NCBI GenBank assembly: GCA_963823665.1
Contig: CAWGMQ010000010.1
Span: 384,001 to 448,000 of the forward strand
DNA from: an uncultured Planctomycetota bacterium
GTDB taxonomy: Bacteria > Planctomycetota > Planctomycetia > Isosphaerales > Isosphaeraceae
Direction of reading: 5' to 3'
Length of the DNA: 64,000 nucleotides
Position 1 is the stretch's first letter; each line of letters opens with the position of its first letter. Below, in pieces: positions 11,254-20,716 of the stretch. The translations under genes and the position numbers were made by a program. The notes under the pieces are model-generated. The model saw only the letters and a list, made by a program, of their open reading frames with translations, did not search any database and had not been told where the DNA came from.

Positions 11254-12834
11254 ATGTCGAATTGCCTCAAAGTGGCCATGATAGACGCTATCTTGTCCCT
11301 GCATCGCAGGGGATGGTCCCAGCGCCAAATCGCCATCGAGCTGGACATCAATCGTGAGACGGTCGCTCGCTACCTCAAGCAGGCCAGAGAGGCGCCAAAA
11401 CCAGCCATTGCGCCCTCCGGCTCGAGCGGCCCTGAAATTGCAGCAAGCGCGGCTGTCCCGACACTCGCTTCGGCCAGCGACCGCGGCAGCCAAGCTCGCG
11501 GTCGACTCAGCGATTGCGAGCCTTGGCGAGACATCATTCAGTCCAAGCTTAACCAGGGCCTGAGCGCCCAACGCATTTACCAGGATCTCTCGTCCGAACA
11601 CGGCTTCCAGGGGAGCTACTACACCGTCCGTCGCTTTGTTCGCCGCCTCGAGCCGGTACAAGAGCTTCCCTTCCGGCGCCTTGAGTGTGAGCCAGGGGAG
11701 GAGGCCCAGGTCGACTTCGGCACTGGTGCTCCGGTTTACACAACCGACGGCAAGCGCCGCAGAACCCATGTCTTCCGCATCGTGCTGTCCCACTCTCGCA
11801 AGGCCTACTCCGAGGCCGTCTATCGCCAGACCACCGATGAATTCCTTCGCTGCATTGAAAGTGCCTTTCGCCACTTCGGTGGCGTACCGAGACGGTTGGT
11901 TCTGGATAACCTGAAGGCCGCCGTGACGAAGGCCGACTGGTTTGATCCCGAGCTCAATCCCAAGGTCCGCTCCTTCGGAGAGCACTACGGCTTTGTCTTC
12001 TGGCCCACGCGACCCCGGACACCTCGGCACAAGGGAAAGGTCGAAAAAAGCGTCGACTACGTCCAGAGCAACGCTCTCAAGGCACGGCGATTCCCCAGCC
12101 TGGAGGAGCAGAATGCTTTCCTACTGAACTGGGAGCTGACCGTCGCTGACACCCGGATCCATGGCACCACCCGTCGCCAGGTCGGCAAGCATTTCGCCGA
12201 GGTCGAGCGCGAGGCACTGGTACCGTTGCCATTGGGTCTATTCCCGTCGTTCCACGAGGGCCGCCGCACTGTCCACCGCGATGGCCATGTTGAGGTCAAG
12301 CGGGCCTACTATGCGGTGCCGCCGGAATACCGGGACCGGGACGTCTGGGTGCGCTGGGACAGCCGCCTGGTGTCGATCTACAACGATCGGATGGAGAAGA
12401 TCGCCGTGCATCTCAGGAAGGAACCAGGTCGTTTCAGCACACCGCCTGAACTGATTCACCCCAATAAGATCAGCGGGGTCGAGAAAGGGGCAGCCTGGCT
12501 TCTGCGCAGAGTGACCACTCGGCTGGGACCCAAGAGCACCGCTTGGGCAGAGGCGATGATCCGAGCCCGCGGAGTCGAGGGAGTGCGAGTGTTGATCGGC
12601 CTTTTGAACCTTTCCAGCCGGCATCTCGCCTCGGCAATCGATCACGCTTGCGAAATTGCGCACGGTTACGGCGAGTATCGCCTCCGGACAATCCGTGCGC
12701 TCCTGAAGCGCCAGGGACCCAAGCAAGAGTTGCTGCCATTCATGAACGAGCATCCTATGATCCGACCAATGAGTGAATATGGCCAGTTTGTCCGCGACGC
12801 ATTCCAATCTCGATACGAGGGGAACAACTCATGA
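11254..12834 (+). CDS. istA: IS21 transposase IstA
   Basis: N-terminal HTH, EAQVDFG, LVLDNLKAAV, HKGKVEKSV (DDE). Confidence 0.95.
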   Translation: MSNCLKVAMIDAILSLHRRGWSQRQIAIELDINRETVARYLKQAREAPKPAIAPSGSSGPEIAASAAVPTLASASDRGSQARGRLSDCEPWRDIIQSKLNQGLSAQRIYQDLSSEHGFQGSYYTVRRFVRRLEPVQELPFRRLECEPGEEAQVDFGTGAPVYTTDGKRRRTHVFRIVLSHSRKAYSEAVYRQTTDEFLRCIESAFRHFGGVPRRLVLDNLKAAVTKADWFDPELNPKVRSFGEHYGFVFWPTRPRTPRHKGKVEKSVDYVQSNALKARRFPSLEEQNAFLLNWELTVADTRIHGTTRRQVGKHFAEVEREALVPLPLGLFPSFHEGRRTVHRDGHVEVKRAYYAVPPEYRDRDVWVRWDSRLVSIYNDRMEKIAVHLRKEPGRFSTPPELIHPNKISGVEKGAAWLLRRVTTRLGPKSTAWAEAMIRARGVEGVRVLIGLLNLSSRHLASAIDHACEIAHGYGEYRLRTIRALLKRQGPKQELLPFMNEHPMIRPMSEYGQFVRDAFQSRYEGNNS

Positions 12835-12975
12835 ATCAGAGTTGCTTTGAGCGGGAGTGCCTGAATCGACTTGGCAGACCTCCGCCGGTCACGGTGCAAA
12901 CAACGTTGCAGTGGCTACCGAGTTTCCGGCGAAAAAGAGGGGACGGGGCTCAGCTCCGGCTCGGCAAGAGGGATG

Positions 12976-13044
12976 CTCCCTCCCACCTTCGCCATCGCCT
13001 CGCCCAGTTCAAGTGAGGGCGAGGCGATGGCGAAGGCGGGAGGG
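12976..13044. repeat. Long GC-rich inverted repeat (~28-bp stem, 11-nt loop) between istA and istB
   Basis: CCCTCCCACCTTCGCCATCGCCTCGCCC-AGTTCAAGTGA-GGGCGAGGCGATGGCGAAGGCGGGAGGG. A homologous hairpin lies in ISL3 at ~2548-2617. Confidence 0.85.
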
Positions 13045-13124
13045 ACGGAGATGACATTTTGATTCTGTGATCGGCGATCGAGATCGAGCACGACATTTTC
13101 CACACCACACCAGGAGTTTTCTCC

Positions 13125-14048
13125 ATGAATGAACCACTGAGAAATGTATTGAGGCAACTACGGCTCTCCGGACTCTTGGAGAGCCTGGAGATTCGCCTAC
13201 AGGAGGCCGCTGGCCACGGCCTCAGCCACAGCGAGTTCCTTGAGCTGATCCTTCAAGACGAGCTGGCGGTGCGAGCCGATCGCCAATTCCAGCGACGGTT
13301 CAAAGCGGCTGAGTTTCGCGAGCGGAAGTCGTTGGAAGACTTCGACTGGTCGTTCAACCCGTCGATCCCCCGCAAGCAGGTGTACGACTTGGCGAGCTGT
13401 CGGTTCCTCCGCGAAGGGCGCGACGTGCTCTGGCTGGGACCGCCCGGCCTCGGAAAGAGCCATCTCGTACAAGCGATCGGGTATCAAGCCGTCAAGGCCG
13501 GTTACACGGTTCTTTACCGCTCGGTCTTCGACCTGGTCCGGGACTTCCTGCATGATCAGGTGTTGGGGCAGGAGGACAAGATGCTGACGATGTACCTGAA
13601 GCCCGAGTTGTTGATCATCGACGACATGGGAATGAAGCAATTGCCGAGGCGTTCCGGTGAATGTCTCTTCGAGGTCGTGATGCGGCGGTATGAGACACGG
13701 TCAACGATGATGACATCGAACCGTCCGCTCGAGGATTGGGGAAAGCTTCTCGGGGATGTGCCGAGTGCCACGGCGATCTTGGATCGATTCCTGCATCATG
13801 CCGAGCTCGTGCGATTGGAGGGCCGAAGTTACCGCCTGCGGCACCAATCGGCTTCGGGCGGAAACGGGTTTGAAGATTCAAAACCAGCCAAAGCGCCCTC
13901 CGGCTCTGAGCATGGTGGTTCGAATTCAAAACCAGCCAAAGCGCCCTCCGGGTCGGAAGAGAACCCACCAGATTCAAAACCAGCCAAGGCGCCATCTGGC
14001 TCCAACGCCAGCGGAAAGGGAGGAGGCAAGACCACAACGAAGCGTTAA
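13125..14048 (+). CDS. istB: IS21 helper ATPase IstB with a C-terminal SKPAKAPSGS x3 tail
   Basis: GPPGLGKS Walker A, LLIIDDMG Walker B, TSNRP, AILDRFLHHA. Confidence 0.95.
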   Translation: MNEPLRNVLRQLRLSGLLESLEIRLQEAAGHGLSHSEFLELILQDELAVRADRQFQRRFKAAEFRERKSLEDFDWSFNPSIPRKQVYDLASCRFLREGRDVLWLGPPGLGKSHLVQAIGYQAVKAGYTVLYRSVFDLVRDFLHDQVLGQEDKMLTMYLKPELLIIDDMGMKQLPRRSGECLFEVVMRRYETRSTMMTSNRPLEDWGKLLGDVPSATAILDRFLHHAELVRLEGRSYRLRHQSASGGNGFEDSKPAKAPSGSEHGGSNSKPAKAPSGSEENPPDSKPAKAPSGSNASGKGGGKTTTKR

Positions 14049-15003
14049 AATGAGGAGCCAATTCGGCTCCGCCGGAAAAGTCAAAGACCGATTCGGCCAA
14101 GCAAAGCAAGTTCTCAGTCAGTCGTGATTACCGTAGAGCTGTATTGAATTGACCAATGTAACTACCCGAACGGGGTGGCTGGTTTTGAACTACCGATAAG
14201 CGCCCATAATTGGCTGGTTTTGAAGCGCCCGGTGACACTCAAGAAGACGAGCGAGGATGTTCGCATCGAGAACATGAACTTGTGGATCATTGACGAGAAG
14301 TTGGCCTACCACTACTTCCTGGCGTCAGACAAGCCGCTGAACCAAATTGGTGCAACGATCGAGGTAGCGAGCGAGGACCGACCCGACTTGGTGATTTTCA
14401 ACCGCCCATTTGCCTTTGCAGATTCCGGCCCACCATTCTCAGCAATTGTCATTATCGAATTCAAACGCCCTGCCAGGAATGACTACAGCGACAAGGAAGA
14501 GAAAAATCCCATTCTTCAAGTGTATGACTACATCGGGCTTCTAAAAGAAGGGAAGGCGAAAGACAGACGAGGCGTTCCGATCACCGTGCCAGAGCACTTA
14601 CCGATCTACGCCTACATCGTTTGCGACCTGACACCAACGCTTCAAAAGCAGGCCAGGGATTACCAACTCAAGAAGACGCCTGATTCGCTCGGATATTTTG
14701 GCTATCACACGGAGTATGGAGCATACATCGAAATTATTTCATTCGATAAATTACTTGATGATGCGAAGAAGCGCAACAAGATTCTGTTCGACAAGATGGG
14801 GCTCCACGGCGAGGCTGTTCCGTTACCTAATCAGCACCGATGACCCTCGCTCAAAGCGGCGTTGAGGATGAGTTGATCGTGTGATCCTTTGCCCTTGAAA
14901 TAGTCGAGCCCGTATTGTTGATCAAGAGGCTCGTCGACGACTACAGGCATCGATATTGTGTACCACCGAAACTCCAACGAGTAGAAAGACTGATTGCACT
15001 TCA

Positions 15004-16719
15004 ATGAACTACTGGCTTGATCTGTTTACGGTGAAAACCCTGGAGGAGTTCCAGAAGGCTGGGGCTCACGTCTCTGGCTTCCGGGAGCGGCGGTTCCACA
15101 CTTGCGAGCAGATCCAGCCGAACGACAAGTTGCTTTGCTACGTTACCGGGATCAGCCGCTGGGTCGGCGTCCTGCGGGTCACCAAACCCGTTTACCGATC
15201 CGAGGAACGAATCTGGGACATGGAGGTGTTCCCTATCCGACTGGGCGTTGAGCCGGAAATCCTCCTCCCCCCGGAACACGGAATCCCGCATCAGCTATTG
15301 CAACCCACACTGCACTCCCCCGCCCGCTCTTGGTCGGGCTACTTGCGAGGCAGCCCGACTCGCCTCCAGAAAGAGGATGCCGAAGTCATCCTCAAAGCCA
15401 TCGAGGCTGCGCAACAGACTCCGGTCTTGCGTCCCTACGATAAGAAAAAGGCTGGGCGGGTACCGGTCGCTAACAAGCGGACGAAGATTGGCGGCGGGGA
15501 AGCTGCGCCAGCCGAACGCCCTGGTCTGTGTCCCTGGCTTCCTACGTTTTCGCAGCTTCGGGGTTACCTCACGGCAGTTGAGGGTACCCCTGTCGCTGAC
15601 CTGGAGTCTCTTGGAGCGGCGATCATGCGACTCCGGGGTACGCCGCAGGAGCCGGTTAGCTGGGAGAACCCGGAGACATGGATCGATGAGCGGCTGAAGG
15701 GTTCCGATCAAGTGTTAGCCAAACGAATCTGGTCTATGTCAAGTCACCGTATCAATCCTCGTTACCTCCGAGGACCGGGCATTGTCGCCGATCGGTACGA
15801 CTTGATCGAAGAAAGCGACAACAAATGCGTCGTCACGGCAGCCGGTAAGGATCTGCTCTCTTCCGAGTTCGGGGCGACGGAACGGGGAATCGATCTTCAG
15901 GAAGGCATGGGCGAGATCCTCAAGCTCATCCAGGTCAAGCCGAATGCTCGCCGTGGTGATCTACTGCCGGGGTGGCGTGAGTTTGTGGTCGGTCATTCCA
16001 ACGTGCGGCAGGAATCCGTCGTCAAGGACTTTCTCTATAAGCGATTCCAGAGCCTACGAGATCGCAAGCTCATCGAACGGGATGGGCAGCGCTACCGCCT
16101 GACTCAGCGAGGCGAGGAGTATCTCGGATCGCTGACATCAGGTCTGCCCGATACGGGGCAGAGTCGTACTACGGAGCTTCTGGCAACAGTCGAAACATTC
16201 AACCGAACCCAGCGGGAGATGCTCCGAGAACGGTTGGAGAACATGGACCCCTATGCATTCGAGCAACTCATATGCGACCTCCTGACTGAGATGGGGTACG
16301 AGGATGTCGAGGTAACGCAGCGGTCCAATGACAAGGGGGTCGATGTCAAGGCGGTCGCCCAGTTCGGAATCACCACGATAAACGAGGTCATCCAGGTGAA
16401 GCGACACCGAGCGAACATTCAGCGACCGGTCTTGGACATGCTTCGTGGTTCACTACATCGGTTCAAGGCGCAGAAAGGGACTATCATCACCACGGGTGAC
16501 TACGGCAAAGGTGCGAAGGACGCCGCCTTCGAGATGGGCGCTGCACCGATCACCTTGATCAACGGCGAGACCCTGATCGATCAGTTAATTCAGCACGAAA
16601 TCGGCGTGAAGAAGAAGACCGTGGACTACTACGAGTTTGATGAGACCGTGTTCGAGGCTTCGGAACCGGACGAGCCTGACGGCTTAACTGGAAACGACGC
16701 AGATGAAGACATGGGCTGA
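15004..16719 (+). CDS. mrr: Type IV restriction endonuclease: EVE/PUA-like N-domain, winged-helix region and Mrr catalytic domain
   Basis: MNYWLDLF...DKLLCYV (EVE-like). C-terminal FEQLICDLL.EMGY...SNDKGVDV...IQVKRH...IITTGDY...LINGE.L (Mrr_cat). Confidence 0.85.
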   Translation: MNYWLDLFTVKTLEEFQKAGAHVSGFRERRFHTCEQIQPNDKLLCYVTGISRWVGVLRVTKPVYRSEERIWDMEVFPIRLGVEPEILLPPEHGIPHQLLQPTLHSPARSWSGYLRGSPTRLQKEDAEVILKAIEAAQQTPVLRPYDKKKAGRVPVANKRTKIGGGEAAPAERPGLCPWLPTFSQLRGYLTAVEGTPVADLESLGAAIMRLRGTPQEPVSWENPETWIDERLKGSDQVLAKRIWSMSSHRINPRYLRGPGIVADRYDLIEESDNKCVVTAAGKDLLSSEFGATERGIDLQEGMGEILKLIQVKPNARRGDLLPGWREFVVGHSNVRQESVVKDFLYKRFQSLRDRKLIERDGQRYRLTQRGEEYLGSLTSGLPDTGQSRTTELLATVETFNRTQREMLRERLENMDPYAFEQLICDLLTEMGYEDVEVTQRSNDKGVDVKAVAQFGITTINEVIQVKRHRANIQRPVLDMLRGSLHRFKAQKGTIITTGDYGKGAKDAAFEMGAAPITLINGETLIDQLIQHEIGVKKKTVDYYEFDETVFEASEPDEPDGLTGNDADEDMG

Positions 16720-16817
16720 ATAGGAACTGGCGTCTTTCCACGGCGATCTCTACTCATAAGAGTCATCGACTTCAGCGACTCTTGGGCAAACTGACGATCA
16801 ACAGGAAAGCTCGTCCG

Positions 16818-19127
16818 ATGCTTGACGACCGGATAAAGACTCGGATTCTTGAGGACCACAAGAAGCTCACCGCAGACGGAAAGCTCTATTCCAAATCGCA
16901 ACTGGAGGGGTTCTACCGAAACTTCCGAAACAGGTTCGGCCCCGACGCCCTGGCGAAGCTCGACGGCGAGGAACTCCTCGATTCGATGCACGCCATCGGA
17001 ACTAAGGACAGCCTCGTCTATTGGCTGGAATTCAAGAACGACGACGAATTCCCCGGTCATTTCGGCAGCATCGCAGGGGGAAGTGCCTTCAAATTCGGTG
17101 TCTTCCGAGGCAAGGAGACCGGCACATGGGTGACCGGCTCCCCCAACGCCGTAAAGGAACTGACTATTCCCGAAGCGGTTGAGATTGCTCGCAAGCATCG
17201 TGATCAACTCGTACAGGGGGTTGAACGAATCGGGAAACTCCCCGATCTCGCTGATGATACCGAGTACCGCAAGCTCCAGGATGACCTGGACCGGATCGCC
17301 CCATCCGTCAGCAACCTCGCCTGGGGGCATAAGTACTTCAGCCTGCTGGCACCCGAGAAGCTCGACGATTACCACAACGCCGATTACCAACGGTTCTACC
17401 TCATCAAGATGCTCCAGGTGCCCCCCGAGGGTGACGGTCGTTACGTGTGCGGAGGTCGATACGTTGCCGCCGCTCACGAACTCGGCATTCCGATAAGTCA
17501 ACTAACGACTACCCTCGACCACCAATACCCCCTACCACTCGCTTATTGGCGGATCGGCACGTCAAACGGGGAACAGCCCAGGAACCGATGGATGCTTATG
17601 CGAGACGGATCGTGCGTAGCCATCGGATGGGCTGACCTGGGTGACCTCTCAGGCTACGAGAGGGACACTGCGACTAGGGAGAAGCTTATCAAACTGCTCG
17701 GGGAGCGATATCCGGGGAGTCCCAAACAGCAGGGAAAGTCGGCAAGCCAGATCCTCCAATTCGTCAAAGGAATCGCTCGGGGCGAGACTGTCTTGGCGTG
17801 CGACGGCTCGAAGGTTCTTGGGGTCGGTCGGGTCACCGGGGATTATCGCCATGAGCCGGGTTCCGATTTTCCACACCGCCGACCAGTTGAATGGCTTTCC
17901 CTCGAAGAGTGGAAAATGCCGGAAGCCGAAGGACTCCAGACCACAGTCCATAAATTGAAGAAGTTCCCAATCAACCTCGTAGAAGCTGAGAAAAGAGTGC
18001 TTGGGACACCTCCGATCGTCCAGTCATCTCTCGCTGGGAAGCCGGTGGCCAAAGGTAGCGAATCGCCGGAATTGAAGGGCATCTTCGGTCGCATCCAGTC
18101 CGTGCTCGAACGGAAAAGCCAGGTGATCCTCTACGGTCCTCCAGGGACCGGCAAAACATACTGGGCCGAGCGATCGGCGATCGACCTTGCCGCATACTCC
18201 CTGGCGGGGAAGCCCTTCGAGGAACTGTCTCACGCCGAGAAAGCCATGATCGAGGGTGAAGCCGAGTCCCTCGGTCTCGTCCGCATCTGCTGTTTCCACC
18301 CGGCCTACGGCTACGAAGACTTCATCGAAGGCTACCGACCGGAACTTCAAGACGGGCGGATGTCGTTTGTCCTGCGGGACGGCATCTTCAAGCAGTTGTG
18401 TCGGGACGCAGAGAAACAGCCGAAGCGGCAGTTTTATTTGATCATCGACGAGATCAACCGGGGCGACATCCCTCGAATCTTCGGTGAACTGCTGACGGTC
18501 ATTGAGAAGGACAAGCGGGGCAAACCGATCATGCTGCCGTTGAGCGGATCGGCGTTCCGGGTGCCCTCGAACGTCTTTCTCATCGGGACGATGAACACGG
18601 CAGACCGGTCCATCGCACTCCTCGACACCGCCCTGCGGCGGCGTTTTGGTTTCGTCGAGTTTATGCCCGATTCATCTTTGCTGGAAAATGCCAACGTCGC
18701 CGACATTCCCCTGGGGCCTTGGCTGGAGGCCCTGAACCGCCGAATTTGCGAGCACGTGGGGCGAGACGCTCGCAATCTTCAGGTTGGTCACTCGTTCCTT
18801 TTAGAGCATGGCAAGCCCGTAAAGGAAGCCGCCCGCTTCTTCCGGATCGTCCGGGACGAGATCATCCCGCTCTTGGAGGAGTACTGCTACGAAGACTACG
18901 ATGCTCTTCACGCCATCCTCGGAAGCGGCTTGGTCGATCTGCCGAACCGCTCCATCCGTCATGACTTGTTCGAGGAGGCCATGCATCAGGAACTCGCTCA
19001 GGCTCTGCTGGCTCCGTGCCCCGACATCCTTACCTCGCTCAAGGCTGCCACGTCCCTTGAATTCGACCAGGGCGTGACGGAGCCCGAAGAAGGTGATGAC
19101 GACGATCCGGAGGTAGCAACCTCGTGA
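16818..19127 (+). CDS. mcrB: McrB-family AAA+ GTPase with extended N-terminal DNA-binding domains
   Basis: GPPGTGKT, FHPAYGYEDFIEG, IIDEINRG, MNTADRS (McrB NxxD signature), DTALRRRF. Confidence 0.92.
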   Translation: MLDDRIKTRILEDHKKLTADGKLYSKSQLEGFYRNFRNRFGPDALAKLDGEELLDSMHAIGTKDSLVYWLEFKNDDEFPGHFGSIAGGSAFKFGVFRGKETGTWVTGSPNAVKELTIPEAVEIARKHRDQLVQGVERIGKLPDLADDTEYRKLQDDLDRIAPSVSNLAWGHKYFSLLAPEKLDDYHNADYQRFYLIKMLQVPPEGDGRYVCGGRYVAAAHELGIPISQLTTTLDHQYPLPLAYWRIGTSNGEQPRNRWMLMRDGSCVAIGWADLGDLSGYERDTATREKLIKLLGERYPGSPKQQGKSASQILQFVKGIARGETVLACDGSKVLGVGRVTGDYRHEPGSDFPHRRPVEWLSLEEWKMPEAEGLQTTVHKLKKFPINLVEAEKRVLGTPPIVQSSLAGKPVAKGSESPELKGIFGRIQSVLERKSQVILYGPPGTGKTYWAERSAIDLAAYSLAGKPFEELSHAEKAMIEGEAESLGLVRICCFHPAYGYEDFIEGYRPELQDGRMSFVLRDGIFKQLCRDAEKQPKRQFYLIIDEINRGDIPRIFGELLTVIEKDKRGKPIMLPLSGSAFRVPSNVFLIGTMNTADRSIALLDTALRRRFGFVEFMPDSSLLENANVADIPLGPWLEALNRRICEHVGRDARNLQVGHSFLLEHGKPVKEAARFFRIVRDEIIPLLEEYCYEDYDALHAILGSGLVDLPNRSIRHDLFEEAMHQELAQALLAPCPDILTSLKAATSLEFDQGVTEPEEGDDDDPEVATS

Positions 19128-20434
19128 CCGCCGTCGCTGTCCGACTCGCCGAATGGCAAACAGTCTCTCCCGTCCCTGGAAGTTCCACAGAGAATGTCAA
19201 CCTCGGTTCTGATCCCGGCGTGCTTGATCTGGCTCGACGCCTTACTGAGAGCGGCATTTTGGAGATCTTGGAGCTTCGCAACGGTTTGACTGTAAGATCG
19301 ACCTCCTTCGTTGGGCGATTTCGGCTCGGGGAGATCGACATCACGGTTTTGCCCAAGTTGCCCTCAGACGCCCTCTTGAAATTGCTTCGGTACACTTATG
19401 GGCTGAGGGATCTGCGGCTCTTGCCCTCCACCACGCATTCGACGCAGGATCTGGGTTTGCAGGACATTCTTGTCTGGCAATTGATCGAAGAGGCGAAGGA
19501 ACTTCTGGCGAGGGGACTGCAACGAGCCTACGTGCGCCGGGAGGAAGCTCTGTCGTCACCCCGAGGCCGGATCGATTTTCAGACCATCGTTGCGCAGAGC
19601 ACCCTCGCCGAGCCGAGCCTGCCGTGCGTTCACCACCGCCGAGAAGAGGACCGGTTGATCAACCGAGTCTTGCTGGCGGGTTTGCGGCTGGCATCGTCCT
19701 TAGACGTTGAACGTGGACTGCGAATGCAAACGGGTCGGCTCGCCGATCTGCTCGCTGAGTCCGTTTCCTCTCTTCGGCTTGACCGGCGAATCTTCCAGCG
19801 ACTGGAGAGTGAGATGGACCGCACGACGAGGGCTTACGAGCCTGCCATCTTGATTATTCGGATACTCGCTGAGGCTGGTGGGCTATCCCTCGGTGGCGAG
19901 GCCGGGCCAAGACTCCCCGGCTTCCTCTTTGATATGAACCGCTTTTTCCAGGAGTTGTTGGGGAAATTCCTTGTGGACAACCTCCCCGACCATACTGTGT
20001 GCTCGGAGCACCGGCTCAACGGGATGCTCGCATACGTGCCGGGCTGGAACCCTCGTAACCAGCAAGCACCAGTTCCCCGACCTGACTTTCTGGTGGCGAA
20101 GGGGATGCAGGTCTTGGCGATCCTGGATGCGAAATATCGGGACCTTTGGGAGAACTCGCTGCCCAGGGAGATGCTCTACCAACTTGCGATTTATGCCACA
20201 ATCCACGAGTGCAGCACCGCCACTATCCTCTACCCGACCAGTCATGCCCAAGCGAGGGAGGCACGAATCGAGGTGCGTGACCCGCTACTTGGTAGTCGGC
20301 GTGCGTTGATCGTCTTGCGGCCAGTTGCGCTTGATCGGCTGGAAGGGCTCGTCTCGGCCAAGCAGACGGCGGCGGCGCTGAGGGAACGAAATTCGTATGC
20401 TCGTGAACTGGTCTTTGGGACCAAGCCCCTCTGA
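19124..20434 (+). CDS. mcrC: McrC-family restriction endonuclease subunit
   Basis: GTGA overlap with mcrB. FLFDMNRFFQ, RPDFLV, LDAKY, LYQLAIYA. Confidence 0.9.
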   Translation: MTAVAVRLAEWQTVSPVPGSSTENVNLGSDPGVLDLARRLTESGILEILELRNGLTVRSTSFVGRFRLGEIDITVLPKLPSDALLKLLRYTYGLRDLRLLPSTTHSTQDLGLQDILVWQLIEEAKELLARGLQRAYVRREEALSSPRGRIDFQTIVAQSTLAEPSLPCVHHRREEDRLINRVLLAGLRLASSLDVERGLRMQTGRLADLLAESVSSLRLDRRIFQRLESEMDRTTRAYEPAILIIRILAEAGGLSLGGEAGPRLPGFLFDMNRFFQELLGKFLVDNLPDHTVCSEHRLNGMLAYVPGWNPRNQQAPVPRPDFLVAKGMQVLAILDAKYRDLWENSLPREMLYQLAIYATIHECSTATILYPTSHAQAREARIEVRDPLLGSRRALIVLRPVALDRLEGLVSAKQTAAALRERNSYARELVFGTKPL

Positions 20435-20716
20435 TGGAGAAGAGCGACAGCACGACATCTTGCTTTCAGATCGACACGGCGTATGGCTTCTTCGCCTGGC
20501 TTTTCCGATTACCGGAACACTGCACGAATCAACCACATGACCAAGCTCAACACGACGCTGATCACGAACGATACAAGTCACGATCGGAAAGTAGTACCGA
20601 GCGTTCCCCCCTTCGATCCCGGTACGCTGGGCGAGCTTCACGAAGTTCTTCAAGTGGTCTTGGGTTGGGAGGCGTGAGAGCGCTATGAATCCCTGTCCTT
20701 CAATCAAGGTGATCAA

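Larger units (their letters stand above)
11140..14237 (+). mobile_element. IS21-family insertion sequence (3098 bp)
   Basis: TG...CA ends. 7-bp TSD CTCAAGA at 11133-11139 and 14238-14244. Doubled terminal repeats CAAAACCAGCCA (11154, 11179; inverted at 14176, 14211). Carries istA and istB. Confidence 0.95.
9676..14843 (+). pseudogene. GHKL (HATPase_c) ATPase fused to a C-terminal PD-(D/E)XK nuclease, interrupted by IS21 and two frameshifts
   Basis: FEAISNSIHA, QDNGVGF, GGKGVGRF (GHKL motifs). After removing IS21 the frame reads EIVFPLK-KTSEDVRIENMNLWIIDEKL...RPDLVIF...IIEFKRP. Frameshifts near 9790 and 10915. Confidence 0.85.

Noticed and set aside
13877..14003. Regularly spaced ~27-bp repeats as a possible mini-CRISPR
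   Set aside because: In frame within istB, they match the IS end motif, the spacers are short, and there are no cas genes. No CRISPR array was seen anywhere in the window.
20483..20677. Short ORF ending TLGELHEVLQVVLGW, reminiscent of the pRiA4b ORF-3 family
   Set aside because: Only a ~15-aa resemblance. At most a remnant.
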